NCBI GenBank assembly: GCA_002633005.1
Contig: NMRA01000016.1
Span: 734,628-798,627 of the forward strand
Reading direction: 5' to 3'
From: Phoronis australis
Taxonomy: Eukaryota; Animalia; Phoronida
Length of the DNA: 64,000 nucleotides
Positions within the stretch are counted from its first letter, which is position 1, and every line of letters starts with the position of its first letter. The notes beneath the pieces were generated by a model. The model did no database searches, was not told where the DNA came from, and worked only from the letters and a program-made list of their open reading frames with translations. Shown piece by piece: positions 13,991-27,764 of the stretch. Both the position numbers and the translations under genes were made by a program.

Positions 13991-15625
13991 ATAATAAGGT
14001 TACCCCCCAAAAGTGCTTGTAAAATATATTCGAATTGAAGAAGGATGCGTGCGCAGTTTCTGTCTTTTAATGACTAGTGCGCAAGCATTTTGCAATTATA
14101 AAACAGTTCTTCCGTTCTTACGAAATGAAATTGCCGTGTAATTTGCTAAAATCGTAGGCCACGATTTCCAATTTAGCAGACTTTGAAAGGAGTTTTCAAA
14201 TTTTCGTCAAAACTTTTAAAGGTTATCGAGGGTTACAGAGCATTACCATGTTTCAGAGAACTGGATGGGGAATCATTTTTAGCATCTGTCAATAGGGAAA
14301 AAACCGGGTTTTCATACCTATGTACATGTACTTTTTTAGGTTGGAGATTTGATTTCTGGCCATGGGAAGAACGGAAAACAGGATAAAAAATTCAGCCGGT
14401 CATTGAACGCGTCGTGCGTGGTATCAAGCAATAACGAACCGCTCGGTTTTCCCTAAGGCAATCTGAGTAAGGAAAACGTCAATTCGGTTTTTTAACAGTT
14501 GGTGGTCTTAATAAACAATTAAATCGCACAGAAAGCTGGTTTATTGCAAGTGTTTCAATACACCTGGCCATGTAAAATGTTTGCAAATTCCAAACTCACC
14601 TCGTTTCCCGTTAATTCAAGTCACCGACGCAGACACAGGTTAAAGTCGCATGATGTCAAGCATTAAATTAGGATTGTAAGTCGGCGTCTAGACCTGTGGC
14701 ATTTTGAAGTTTTCATAATTTAGGAACCTCGTAGAAAAGTCAACGATCATTAATTCATACAGCCAGAGAGGAAAGAAAAGGCTTTACAAATTATTTATAT
14801 CTCAATTCCAAGTAGCATAGTCGTCACTTACGACAAATTTTTAGCCGAATCGTTCAACTTTTGAAATAAGCGTGGACATTTCGCCTCCAGGCTAATTAAT
14901 TGCGCTTTCTCAGAAAAACCCATGAGACAAGCGCCGCCATTTTAGATTTAAATATAGAGGCAGTGCAAAGTGAATTTTCTACCACCAGAACAATAAAATG
15001 AGTAAGATTTAAATAAAATCACCATTTTGCGCCCAAGATATATTACAGAACTGTTTAGTTAGTTTGTTAGTAAGAAACAAGCAAGTTTGTACAAAAGTGA
15101 TTGTTTTGTAAAATATGGCGATATGAAATTAAATATGTGGTACTCAATCTGTTACGAATGTAATGGACCGATTGAGTTAATGAAACAATGACTACAGAAT
15201 TCATTACAATTCATTTTTTTTTTTTTGAAGAAAGAAGACCATTCGACGAGAGAGCTAGAAATGATGGGTCCAGTGTCAACACAAAATCTTAGGACACTGA
15301 ACGGTTACGCAATGTGTGCAAGTTTCATGTCAATCGTGCAAACGGTAGGAAAAGTCCAGAACCCATGTTGTTTTTGTACCCCAAGACGATTGCTTCAGTC
15401 TCTAGACACGTCTCAGACCAGTCATTAGTAAACATTTCGAAAATGGTCGCCACATCACCATCTTGTATCCAATATTAATGAAAAATGTCTATATCATGCG
15501 AATAATGTACAAGGTCTGGAACCCATGATGGTCTTGTAGCAGACGATTTCTGCAAGCCAGCAACACGCTCCAGTGACGGTAGCGTCGAATAACTCAAGAA
15601 TCGTAAGTCGGGACAAATGTATATG

Positions 15626-15785
15626 CAGGGGCGGATCCAGGATTTTGAGTTGGGGGGATAGGGCAGAGTATTAGCCAGGATTGTGCCAGCAAGACATTCG
15701 CACCCCCGTACTGCCAAGTGGAATCTGGGAGAATTTTAGGGGGGGGGGGCATGGCGCCCTTGGCCTCCCTCTAAATCCGCCACTG
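15626..15785. mobile_element. 160-bp MITE, 5-bp TSD
   Basis: TIR caggggcggatccag / ctaaatccgccactg; flanks atatg / acatg. Confidence 0.8.
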
Positions 15786-16330
15786 ACATGGGTGCCACAA
15801 TCTTCGTACGAGTGTAATTCTTGGCAAGATGTATTCACACATCGAATTTCGGAATTTTCGGATACTTTAAAGGAGTGCGGACTGAGCTATGGCTCCGTAA
15901 ACAAAAAATGAGCGCACAGCACCATCTGAAGCCCCGGTTTAAACCAAAAACAGTAGATCTTGAAGTATGTAGTAAAACCACAGGTGTTGTTCAAATTCCA
16001 TGTCTATCTGGCAAAAAGTGCGGCCTGGGTTCAATCGTAAAGAGAGCTAGGAATGGTCTGTCAATAAGTGAGTGGTCGTCAGAAAATCGCGGCAGGGTAA
16101 TTTGTCATTTCACAATTTTGAAAGACGTTGGGATAACTTCATGGACTGAGACGAACTTAGATATATCAGCCTGAATCGATTTTCAGCTATTGTTTATTAA
16201 ACTAAAATCAGGTATTAGCACGGCATTGGTGAAACAGATTAGGAAAAATGCAATTAGTCTTTTTGGGAGCCATCTTGGATTCCAATATGGCTGAAGACAG
16301 CTATTCTTCTGTTACGGCAACACGTATATG

Positions 16331-16409
16331 CACGGACGGCGTAGCACTGAAAAAAGTGGGGTCTAAAGCTCCCCCCCCCCTCCCAGCCCCTTATGGTGCG
16401 CCGCCCATG
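16331..16409. mobile_element. 79-bp mini-MITE, perfect 5-bp TSD; second copy at 61642-61712
   Basis: TIR cacggacggcgta / tgcgccgcccatg; ATATG on both sides. Confidence 0.8.
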
Positions 16410-16452
16410 ATATGTCCCAGTTAAAACGCATCACTGTCAAATATTTCCTAAT

Positions 16453-16709
16453 CATGCGCGCACCCAGGGGGGAGGGGATGTCGGGGAACTCATTTGGCGA
16501 AGTGGGCAAAAAGGTCCGTCTCAGAGGAACAAAAAGTTCCAGATTTCTCGTTTTCAACGAGACAAAAGTCCACTAAAAAGGTGCTAACGCACAATTCACA
16601 ACTGTGAACGTGGTATCCGTTTTTTTCTTAGTCCCCCGTTTTTTGTTAAGAAAAGGTCCATATCCGCAAGAATTCGAACCCGCTATATTTTAGCCTGGGT
16701 CCGCGCACG
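16453..16709. mobile_element. 257-bp MITE, 5-bp TSD; same family as 62695-62938 and the left end at 56912
   Basis: TIR catgcgcgcacccagg / cctgggtccgcgcacg; flanks ctaat / ctaac; internal aaaaggtcc motifs shared with the 62.7-kb copy. Confidence 0.85.
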
Positions 16710-19700
16710 CTAACGTTAACAATCTTTTTTATCAACCGCGAATGACTTACATCGTAATGGTGGACGGATATATTTAAACCCATAAGATGGCAGCCATACA
16801 TGTACTAGAGTGTCGGATCACGTGTCTCCGTTACTTTTGAAAAGCACACAGAAATTACACTAATGATCAAACTTCCACACGCTCGTTACGGATGCGTTTT
16901 GGTCTTCACGTCACAATAAACTAAATGCCAAAGTTCTAATATGCTGCTGATACACCCCGGAATACACCTGACTTGATCTAATATTTCTACATGAAATCGA
17001 CCTTCACATTATTTTTGTCATTTTCCGTTCAACTTTTGTGCGAATTCAAGATATGTGTTTATCATTCTGTACTCTTAATACTTTATGGTTCATGCAAATG
17101 ATTTTCTAGTCCAAATCCGCGCTTGGTGACCCCTAGGTTCGAGTAAAAACTCTAGAGTTTGAATTCACTCGCGTTTTAAACCTCAGTGATTGGTTAAACA
17201 GTTATGCACGAAAACCATTATGTACTTCATCACAGAAAAATAGACATTCTTCTGGAGTTCGTACAAAAGAAGAACAGAAAATGCAAGAAAAATCGAGTTC
17301 GATCTCTAATAAACAATTCAAATCCCGGGATTTGATTAGACCCGTAGAACGTATAGAGAAAAAGGTTCGAAAATGAGGATCATAAGGATTTGCACTGTAC
17401 GTTTTTCAGGGTCCCGGTTCCTTCCCTGTGGTCGGCTCCTTTTTCTCCGCAAATCGCCAATGTCTCCGTCCCAAAAGGACTGGTATGAACCGTGACGTGT
17501 GTAGAACTGAATAAATTCTAGCTCCAGATAGTGTAGGGCATCACGATACTAAAAATATATCTTTTGTTCTCTGCGTTTCCTTCAGCTCGTTATATTTTTT
17601 ACTCAAATAAAACATAGTATTTGCGTTCGCACAGACTGATCACTGATTAAAATAAAATAAGGTATCCCCATCGGACGTGACAGTACGCCTTCAAAATGTC
17701 ACTTTAAGGGCTTAAGCGATTTTTTCCTTCGAAAGTTGCTGTCGCGCGCCCTAAATTCTACAAATGACTAAATANGTGACGTGTGTAGAACTGAATAAAT
17801 TCTAGCTCCAGATAGTGTAGGGCATCACGATACTAAAAATATATCTTTTGTTCTCTGCGTTTCCTTCAGCTCGTTATATTTTTTACTCAAATAAAACATA
17901 GTATTTGCGTTCGCACAGACTGATCACTGATTAAAATAAAATAAGGTATCCCCATCGGACGTGACATTACGCCTTCAAAATGTCACTTTAAGGGCTTAAG
18001 CGATTTTTTCCTTCGAAAGTTGCTGTCGCGCGCCCTAAATTCTACAAATGACTAAATAGTCTCCATCATGAGAGGGCAGTTGTATTTGGTTTAAGATTGA
18101 CAACCTTCTGACCGCCACTTCATCATATTTCGTGTTTTTTTTTGTAGACCGGCTGACGAAAGGATAAGCGGTCTGTACAGTACATGCACCTTCTATAAAC
18201 AAACCGTTTACTTATTTAATAGTTTATTTCATGTAAACATCACACAAAATCGAAAGTTCAGCAGAACGGAACAAAACAACAATTGATGAACACCGGTTCA
18301 AGTGAACACTCATTGCACGTCGACACCGCAAAGACACTTTCATCTCCTATGGGATTCGCTTGCATATTACATTACTCAAGACGGTCATTTTACGACCAAA
18401 CGAGTATTGATTATCTCTGCCGCGTACGACCGGAGAGCCAACAGCATCTTAATACACTTAGTTTTTGAGGCCTCATCTTCAAGGCAGTTGATGTCTTGGA
18501 GATTTGCAACGACTGTCTGCGCACCATGATGGCTGTCGTGTACATGTATATACTTTTAAACATCATGTTTGCCATTTTAGTTGAAAGCCAACAGCCAATT
18601 ACCATCGGTAAGTTCTGTGGATAAAATCAAATTTTGTCAGCGGTTGCTATTTAAGTCAGACAAAATTTCTTTTGCATGCAGATGATATCGAAACGAAAAA
18701 AGTATATCCATTTTAGGCAAATTGTTTGCAGAGTGCGGTACGTGGGCTCTTCCGATTCTTCAAGTTCGGAATTTTGCAACACTCTTCAACTGTTTTGAAA
18801 GCCCGATGGTCATTCGCTCTCTTAACCTTAATGTAACCAAACTGGTACTAACAATGTGTTTTAAAAATTGCTCTACTGCTGTTACGTATTATGTATTATA
18901 TCATTCTGATACTTGTAGAAAGTTGCATGAACATCAGTTGGCGTAGTGTGAACGTGAGTGTTATAATATTGACACTCTCGAGGTTATTAGCCACAGTTTT
19001 TAAACTGTCTAAAATATTGCCACTAATTACCCGTTTAATTCTCTCGAGCTAAGTAAGTTCTACCTTAAGTGAGCTGAACGCCAACCCCGAATTGTAATGC
19101 ACCCGAAACAGCATGATTATAGACTCTTGGGTTTCTCCATAAAAAGGCCCTGACTTTTAACCCGTTGAAACGAGAAATATTCGGTAGTCATGCACTTTTT
19201 TGACAACAATGGTCGACAATGTTTTTGGCTGCTGGGACCATAGAGTTCACACAACTACTTGGGAGCCATGCGCTCCAAAAAAGGGAAACGACAAGTTTAC
19301 CTTTTCAGCAACTCAGAGTCAAATTATACTAGACAAAAGATATCATAGAAACATTTTGTATATTAGTCCTGCAAGTTTTGTGATGTTGAGTGTTATTCGA
19401 CTTCTAGTGGTCACTTTATTGGTGCACCAACGTAAATTAAAAGGTTAAATGAAACTGCATTCGCCACTATTTATTTGCCAACATTGAAATCTTAATCGAA
19501 GCAGATTGGTGTTCAAAAACAATACCACACTAATCCAATTTTGAATTGTTGCCGAATGAGTCGGCAACTCGAGTCACACTCAATGCGAACACTTGTGTGC
19601 AATTTTCGAAATCACATTTTAGAGTTGGCCAACTCAGATACACTTCGAAGTTTTCTTGAGTCGGTGATGGTTTCGATGTTTTTGCTAAAACAGAACTGAA

Positions 19701-21057
19701 GTTCTATCACGGCAAGGAATATCACGTGACCAATTTTATGAAAGTATAAAGCCTAATTCGATTCTTGCTTTAGTCAGCTAAATTGCGTAAAGTGCAGCTT
19801 TAGTATTCCAAATTAAATTCACTTATTTTTTTAAATACCGTAACATTGGCTTACATTTTTATTGAATTAGTACAATTTAAACTCTTTTTATAACATTTTA
19901 ACTTAAAGAAACCTGGTAACTTCAAACGTGTTCACCTGGATGTGTTTCCCAGTGACTTGCTTGCGAAAGCAAACGAACCTTTTCTGGAAAAATCAATGGC
20001 CTGAGAGGTCAATGAACAACACTGACACTGAAAAATTACATTTGTAAATTGCCTGTGTAAAAAGTCTGTTTAAAGACTGCCCTTCATCAGCTCAGTTTCA
20101 TTTTTTTTTACTTGTCAAGTAAACTTAATTCAGGTGGTCCTACTATGTCTCTCGTGGGGTCACGGGGTGTTTGGTAACTTTTTCGTGACAGTATTATGTA
20201 AGAAAAACAGTGGTTTACATGTATCGACAAGTCTCGTTGGTGTAAGCGTAATCTAACGAGATGTTCCTGAATCAGACATCCTGTTGCGGCCCCAAGCAAC
20301 GTATTTTTCTTCCCATTTCCTATATTTTTCTCTTGTCTCATACCAATGTTGAGTAACTTTGAAAGGCTGTTGAGGGCCAGTTCAAGTATAGCCTGAACAA
20401 TGAAGGTGCACCTACCTTAAATCTCCTTTAAATTTGTTCTCGAAATAAATTTGTAGTATCTTGTTCGTGCTCAAGTACGCTCTCAGTCCATCACTCGGAT
20501 AACTTGTCAATAGGCTAAGCCCTTTCGATCCCTTCCACTTCCTAACAGATCACGAACTGTTTTGAAAACGGTTGCTTCTTAATTACTTTTTGCATTACAT
20601 ATTTAGCAAATAGGCGCATGCACTTCCTTCCGGATATATAGGCGCAAGTTTACAAATACGTAGATGGGCCTAGTAATTACGTGCATAGTTGGTAATTAGT
20701 TCCAGATTTACCAACCTAGTGTACGTTCCTAAGACAACACTTCGCATTTCTAGGCGTCAGCATTGACTAACTATTGTAAACAGACGTGGACGAAGTAGAA
20801 TAGAATTGGGCGTTTTCACGACTTTTAATCTCGCTGCGAGTCAAACGCTGACTTTCAAGTAGTAGATATGCTCGCAAAGGAAAAGAACCCAGGTTAGGTC
20901 ATTACGTATTCTGCGACATCGCAGGGAGGGCTAATTAATTTGAGATTGCCCACAGTGGCCAGTGTCTGCTCAGACTAACCATAAGTTCTTAGAAACTTAT
21001 GGCTGACTGCATCCCAACTGTGTTAAGGGGCAGTTCCCAACCTAAGTTTGCAGGGCC

Positions 21058-21112
21058 CACACGTACGCGCGCGCGCGCACACACACACACACACACGCAC
21101 GCACGCACGCGC
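21058..21112. repeat. Compound (CG)n(CA)n(CACG)n microsatellite
   Basis: Uninterrupted alternating purine-pyrimidine tract of ~55 bp. Confidence 0.9.
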
Positions 21113-24100
21113 CCACCACACCCAGGAGTTCCTGTCCCCAGGTACGTATCTCTTCTTCCTCAAAACGACCTCCTAATCCTGTTTGAAATTCGCCACACAC
21201 ACTCTCTCTCTTCCTCTGTCTCGTTCACGATGCGAATTATACGGAATATGGTGTCCCCAGGGTTGATGTTGTTAGTTGACCTCCAATCGAAATTGAATAA
21301 AAAACATCAACCATGGCATCCTAGTAATTATTCAATATTGATTAAGCTTGGCTGAGGATTATTCACCATCTACGATAAGTATGGCCTGAACTTTAGCATT
21401 GCTCATGACGCCTCCTACACAGTTTATTTGTTCGGTTGGCCTCCTTCGTTTTAAGAATAATTATTTGCCTCAAGACAAATGTACATCTTCTCCATGACGT
21501 CAAGTTCAATTTGACACGTTCGGCGGACTTCAAGCGGGGCCGGTTTCGTTTGTTTTTACAAATGCTTTGTTGTTCTGTCTATTCAAAAGTCCACAACAAT
21601 CCACAACTACTCAGTCTGGTTTACAAGGAATAACTGAAGTCACTCATCTCACCAATTTTGAGGACACGGGTTTGTTTTGATCTGCAGTTATGAAACTTTT
21701 GATATTTCTTAAGGTTATTAGGCGGAGGCATACATGCAATTGTACACATGTACGCCACATTTGATTCAGGGCATGACCTCTTGTTTTACGACTGAACAAA
21801 CTGTGCAAAATACAATAAACGCGTCTAACCTTTCCTCGAATTCTAGTGCCCGGCGAGCTAGTGTCCACGCGCGCAGTTCCAGTTTGTGAAAGAACAGATC
21901 GTGCAGGTTGGACACTGGAAGGTTTTCTCGAATGATAAGCATAGATGCTTTCACTTTCNTACGTATCTCTTCTTCCTCAAAACGACCTCCTAATCCTGTT
22001 TGAAATTCGCCACACACACTCTCTCTCTTCCTCTGTCTCGTTCACGATGCGAATTATACGGAATATGGTGTCCCCAGGGTTGATGTTGTTAGTTGACCTC
22101 CAATCGAAATTGAATAAAAAACATCAACCATGGCATCCTAGTAATTATTCAATATTGATTAAGCTTGGCTGAGGATTATTCACCATCTACGATAAGTATG
22201 GCCTGAACTTTAGCATTGCTCATGACGCCCCCTACACAGTTTATTTGTTCGATTGGCCTCCTTCGTTTTAAGAATAATTATTTGCCTCAAGGCAAATGTA
22301 CATCTTCTCCATGACGTCAAGTTCAATTTGACACGTTCGGCGGACTTCAAGCGGGGCCGGTTTCGTTTGTTTTTACAAATGCTTAGTTGTTCTGTCTATT
22401 CAAAAGTCCACAACAATCCACAACTACTCAGTCTGGTTTACAAGGAATAACTAAAGTCACTCATCTCACCAATTTTGAGGACACGGGTTTGTTTTGATCT
22501 GCAGTTATGAAAGTTTTGATATTTCTTAAGGTTATTAGGCGGAGGCATACATGCAATTGTACACATGTACGCCACATTTGATTCAGGGCATGACCTCTTG
22601 TTTTACGACTGAACAAACTGTGCAAAATACAATAAACGCGTCTAACTTTTCCTCGAATTCTAGTGCCCGGCGAGCTAGTGTCCACGCGCGCAGTTCCAGT
22701 TTGGGAAAGAACAGATCGTGCAGGTTGGACACTGGAAGGTTTTCTCGAATGATAAGCATAGATGCTTTCACTTTCTGAATGCATCGCCAGTGACATGGAA
22801 TTTATTTCAGGTGGAATCGGTTGACCTGTCTTCGAATCTACATCCCGTCCGCCAAACGTGTGTGAGCTTAGGGTAACAGGTTACCTTCTTTAACAATGAT
22901 CAAGTTTCCTAAATATCGAGTGAATGTATTAATAACAAACCCATAAAACTATATTTCTGAAATTCTCGATGACCAAAAAGTCGCATTATGCATATGAAAG
23001 AAATAACCAGTCGTTAGTATTCATGTGGCTGCGTCTTTTCTAATTTTTTATGAAGATCGATGTTATGTTCGCAAACATGAGATTATACTTCTCTATTCTG
23101 TTAGCTACCAAACGTATCTCTGGTATTCTCTTTTCAAGCAGTTTATCCCGAGAACTCAGTTGTCAAATTTGAAAATCAACATTTCTTATTTCTTGATAGT
23201 CGATTTCTCTGGCCCAAATCCCTTAAAACAAAATCTCATGGACGCTTTTGTGGCTAATGGAATAAAGAAACAGAATTTACAAGCTCCACACATAACTTTA
23301 ATGTCAGGGATCTGTTTATCTTCTAGAAAAATCAGTCACGTGATTGCCATTCTAGGTATTCCTTCTCAGTACTTGATGAGATTTCGATCATTTGGGGATG
23401 TTTTAAAAACATGAGTTTTATCGGTGTATTAATATTCAAAACTTATGGACGATATCCGGCACTTGATAACAAAGGTTACCAATGGCCTTCAAACATAGGT
23501 GGAGGTTGGGACCTAATACGTGCGTTTTTTCGTAGTACACATGTGGGCGCGTGTGCGCACTCACACCTGCATTGTGAGTGCTCACAAGCGGGCACGCGCT
23601 TGAGCGTTTTTCCAGGGAACATTTTTCTTACGGAGGTAATTATAACTGAGGTTGGAAATTGATCAATGGAGAATCGATTGGATAATGGAACGATAATAGT
23701 CGTTAAAAAGCAAAGTTGTGAACTGCCACGACTCGCAAATCGCCCAGGCGTCTAAGCCTTTGTGCAAATGAAGGTTTAACTAAGTATTTAATATGAGAGC
23801 GTCACAGTCTAATAGAAATTCATACAGTTACTAGTAATCATGATTATATTCTCCGATACTTTTGCATTGCTTCAGAGATTTAAATATTTTTCAAAAATCG
23901 TTGTATGGAGTGCAAGACTAAACTTCTGACCTTTAAGTCACGTTTTATGAAACAAACGCCTGAAATAATGTGAAAAAAAATCTGACAAACATGTTGAAAA
24001 GATGGGTTAAAAATTGTGTTAGGCTTAAACTTGCAACAATGGAACGCGCTAGAATGGGGTACAGACATTGATAGAAAGAAAATGTACATGTAGAGATAAC

Positions 24101-25369
24101 CAATAACGAAAAGGGAGATGGTGGGAAGCGCGGGTGACTAAGATACAAAGAGCGGGATACGGGTAAATAGGTGGGGTGGGGTTGGAAAATTTCAGTAACA
24201 TTAGTGATACCGTTCCCTCGCAGGGAGGATCGAAGGCAGAGGACCATGTACATCCAATAAGATTTGCAGAAAGAGTGAGACTCGAAATTGAGTCAGCCAA
24301 TGCGGAGAGATAATACAAGTATTGAAGCGTAGAGGCTTTGTATGACTGCGATCCATAAAGTAGCATTCACATTTCCATAACGGTGTTATAAAAAGGTTGG
24401 AAGTACGCGTAAAAGGAGGTTGTCAATTGTCATTTGTAAACGACGGTACAAACTACGATGCCTTCGTGACAAATATTTCGTGCGCGTTATAGATCACTGA
24501 TGGTTCGTCTCATCACACTTCACACAAAAATATACCCGTCGCTGAATTAAGGTATTTACTTCAATGGATTCTTTTGCGCCCTAACTTTGACAGACGACAG
24601 AATTCCGAGATCAATTCTTAAAGTAATCATTATCTTTGGAGTCTCCTGTGGTTAAATTTATTGGATTTGGTGTGACTGTTCTGGTTAAGCCAATTAATAT
24701 AACTAAGTGAAGAAAATCTAACAGAAGCGAAATCAACTCAAGCCCATGCTCCAGCAGATGTTACTTGTGTATTATTAATATGAACTTGTGCTGTAATTAC
24801 TTTTAAGCTTGCTACACGGTTTTATGCGGCGGAGGAGCGCAATTACAACTACAGTTCGAACTCGTCACGCGAGCCCCAGTTTCAAGAAGATTTTGGTGTG
24901 ATGAAGTGCACCCATACGAGTTTTAAATACGTGACATAGACTCATTCCTACCGTATAATTTCGCCTAAAATTTCAACAAAACCCGCGTCTTATCTTGACA
25001 ATGGTACATAAATGGGAATTTGTAGAATTGAAAATCCAATTTATACAAACGTAGCGGGTGGTGAAATAAATTTATTAATTCAACGATGTCACTATATATC
25101 GCTGGATATACAAAACTCCAGTGGTTTCAATTTCGACTTTTTCAATATAGCATTAGGGAAATGGTTTATTTTATTTAGAACGGAGATCTTAATATGTGTA
25201 CATTTTGTCGATGAAGACTAGACTCATTGTTACGCCTGGGTGACATTTAATAAATTTTGGACCAGTGTTGGTTGGCCGTAGTTGACAATGAGCGCTTACA
25301 GAAATAAAATCATGGCAATTGTGATAATGAGTGCTTAGAAAACTAGTAATGCCAGTAAACGCAAGTCGT

Positions 25370-26965
25370 AATGCGCTCAATATCATCAGTCGGGTTTCTA
25401 CCATCCGCGGGAGTCTTAGTCCTTCGCAGAACCCCTTAACAGGCTAGTAGAGCGCCAGTGGCATTTAGTCCATTTATCGGCTGGTTCTTTTGTGTATGTT
25501 GCAATATTGCTACAGGTTTTTCAGACATATTCACCCCAAAGCCTTCTCTGATTCGATTGTTGCCTTGGATATTAAGGACGTCTTCGTCACGATTGTCGCC
25601 TTCACTACCAACTTGTGTGCCAACTGATCTACGTACCAAGCGCACTAAGTACTAGAAACCTTTTACATTCATTCTCAGTTGAAAAGACCCATACCTTCCA
25701 TCCTCTTGACACATAATGTTCTGTTCCATGCAGTGTCTTGCGTTGGAGAACCTCTCCATTCTCGTCTCCCATGGTATCGTTAACTTAACTATCACCATCC
25801 GTTCGGTTTTTTCAGATCAACAATACACTGTCTGGTCGTGGAGTTGCATGTATCCCAATGTGTATCTTGGAAGCCACATACGTCGCTAAAAACGCTAAAA
25901 ATAGACACTGGATGTCACCAGGATGCCTGTCGTGTCCTTCATCTTTGTTGATATTGTCCAAGAGTTTGGTGCTCGAAGTCTTTTTTGGTTTCTTCCAGGC
26001 TTCTTCACACAACCTGCAGCTCTTGACTGCGCCTCCATGTGATCATTCCGCCTGTAACGGACGAGTCGCATGACCATAGAATGTGGCCCAAATTTTCCCC
26101 ACTTTTCACTTTAAGGCAGTTTATGCCACTATCGTTCCCTCAGGTTCGTGGTCGTCGGTGGGATGTCGCGTAGAGCTCTAAGAAAACAAATCAAACGCCT
26201 TCATTCCAGTCTCACGCTATCTCTCCACTTGAACTCCCCTGCTAGAACATCCGTCTCGTTGCTGCTTCTCGACAAACTCCGCGTATCTTCCTCACCACCT
26301 CTACGTGCGGTCGTTTCGGGTTTCTCTTTGAATGTCACTTTCTTTGACCTGCTGTTAAAAGCATATCCTTACCCTAAACTGTCGTTGAACACCATCCCTA
26401 CGATCTGCTGACCTGTGCTGTGGTGCCCTCTGCTCAGTTCTTTCGACGACTGTTGTCGCCGACAAGCTTCTCTTTTGTACTTCAGGGCTCCTGTTCACTA
26501 TGACCGCATTGTCTGGCAAGGTCACCATCTAATTGACACAATTGGCAGAATCAGTTACATGTATGTTAATGTGCATATACTATTCAATCTGATGTTACTA
26601 AAACTTGGTGATACACCTATTCACCACACTACCGTAACCACGTGCTAATCTTGAGCACGCGTCCTCGAACACAAAAAGTGGCCACAATCTCGATAAAAGA
26701 CCACGCTGGTAGTAAAACAAGTTGTCTTGCTAGGTATCCCGCTTCGGTTGATTTTAATCAGCCAGGCTCTCAGCTGCTTTCCAGTCTCTCTAACATTGCT
26801 GTCAACCTCCAAGATTGCATTTTAGACCTTTCCCGAACATTTCACAGATTTTCGGAAGTTGATGCAATTCTTGATCTCATCAGTTCAAATAATTTGGTCT
26901 TTGTAGAGCTCCTTTCTGTATCTCCAAACTCGCTTGAACTCTATTCTCAACCACGTAACTGTTAG
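25370..26965 (-). mobile_element. 5'-truncated, decayed HERO-like (R2-group, restriction-like endonuclease) non-LTR retrotransposon
   Basis: Frameshifted minus-strand peptides in the expected order: KSVKCSGK, QLRAWLIKINRSGIPSK, YQRGLLSRLWPL (RT thumb region), W.D..RLICFLRALRDIPPTTTNL, RYR, then RPDSVL and KLTIPWETRME (RLE motif RPD..L...ELTVPWE.RME), GWKVWVF. Confidence 0.75.
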
Positions 26966-27423
26966 TGCACCTGTATAAGTATCCCGTGCGGTGTGGATAT
27001 ATATCTAAAGAGTGAACGATAGTGTGACATTAGAAATTGTAATCATCTAATGTGACATATGTTTGTAGTGTGTATTTTTGTAAACCATTTTAAGATTACT
27101 AAATGAAAAAACATCAACATCCGTCAAGTCACTTTAACGGTAGCCGACACCCTAAGAACATTAGTCCAACACTAAAATGGCCAACAGGAGTGCAACGGTG
27201 CACCCATGCAAAACCTCTGCGCCATATACGTAATATAAGTTTCATACCATTAGTCATGCGTCGAGCCATCTCAGGAACCTCGCTGGATAAACCAATTCCT
27301 TGTCAAAAATTAAAACAATCAATACATGAAATAAAACGATACAGGGCAGAATTTCCGAAAATAGATTGGTGCCCAGTGGACCTTCTTTGTCAATCCGTTT
27401 TGACAATAATAGGATCTCTCCCC

Positions 27424-27764
27424 TAGAAAATACTTCGCTCGGCGAACGATAGGTGTCGCTATAGGACTTCCTTTCGCTGCTCGCTTCAACCCAGGATTGT
27501 GCTGTAGAACTCTTTTATTGGTAAATAAGACTATTTTAAGCCGTATTTCACATAGTAGAACTTTATCGTATCATTAGGCTAAGTCATGCTTTTGTGTATT
27601 TACAGATCCTCTTTATTCTAATAAAGGCAATCTTTGAAATAACTACATGTTTATTTATGAAGAGGACCAATAAAAGAGTTCTACAGCACAATCGCGGGTT
27701 GAAGCGAGTAGCGGATGGAAGTCTTATAGCGACACCTATCGTTCGCCGAGCGAAGTATTCTCTA
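27424..27764. mobile_element. 341-bp MITE with ~100-bp TIRs and perfect 5-bp TSD
   Basis: 27424-27523 is the near-perfect reverse complement of 27667-27764; ends TAGA...TCTA; TCCCC on both sides. Confidence 0.9.

Noticed and set aside
17492-18058. 283-bp tandem duplication
   Set aside because: Single-N junction at 17775; same artefact signature.
18283-18605. Possible second Kolobok/P2X7-like ORF relic on the minus strand
   Set aside because: Only a faint Cys pattern among many stops; not supportable.
21143-22775. 816-bp tandem duplication with repeated ORFs
   Set aside because: Single-N junction at 21959 and scattered SNPs; same artefact signature.
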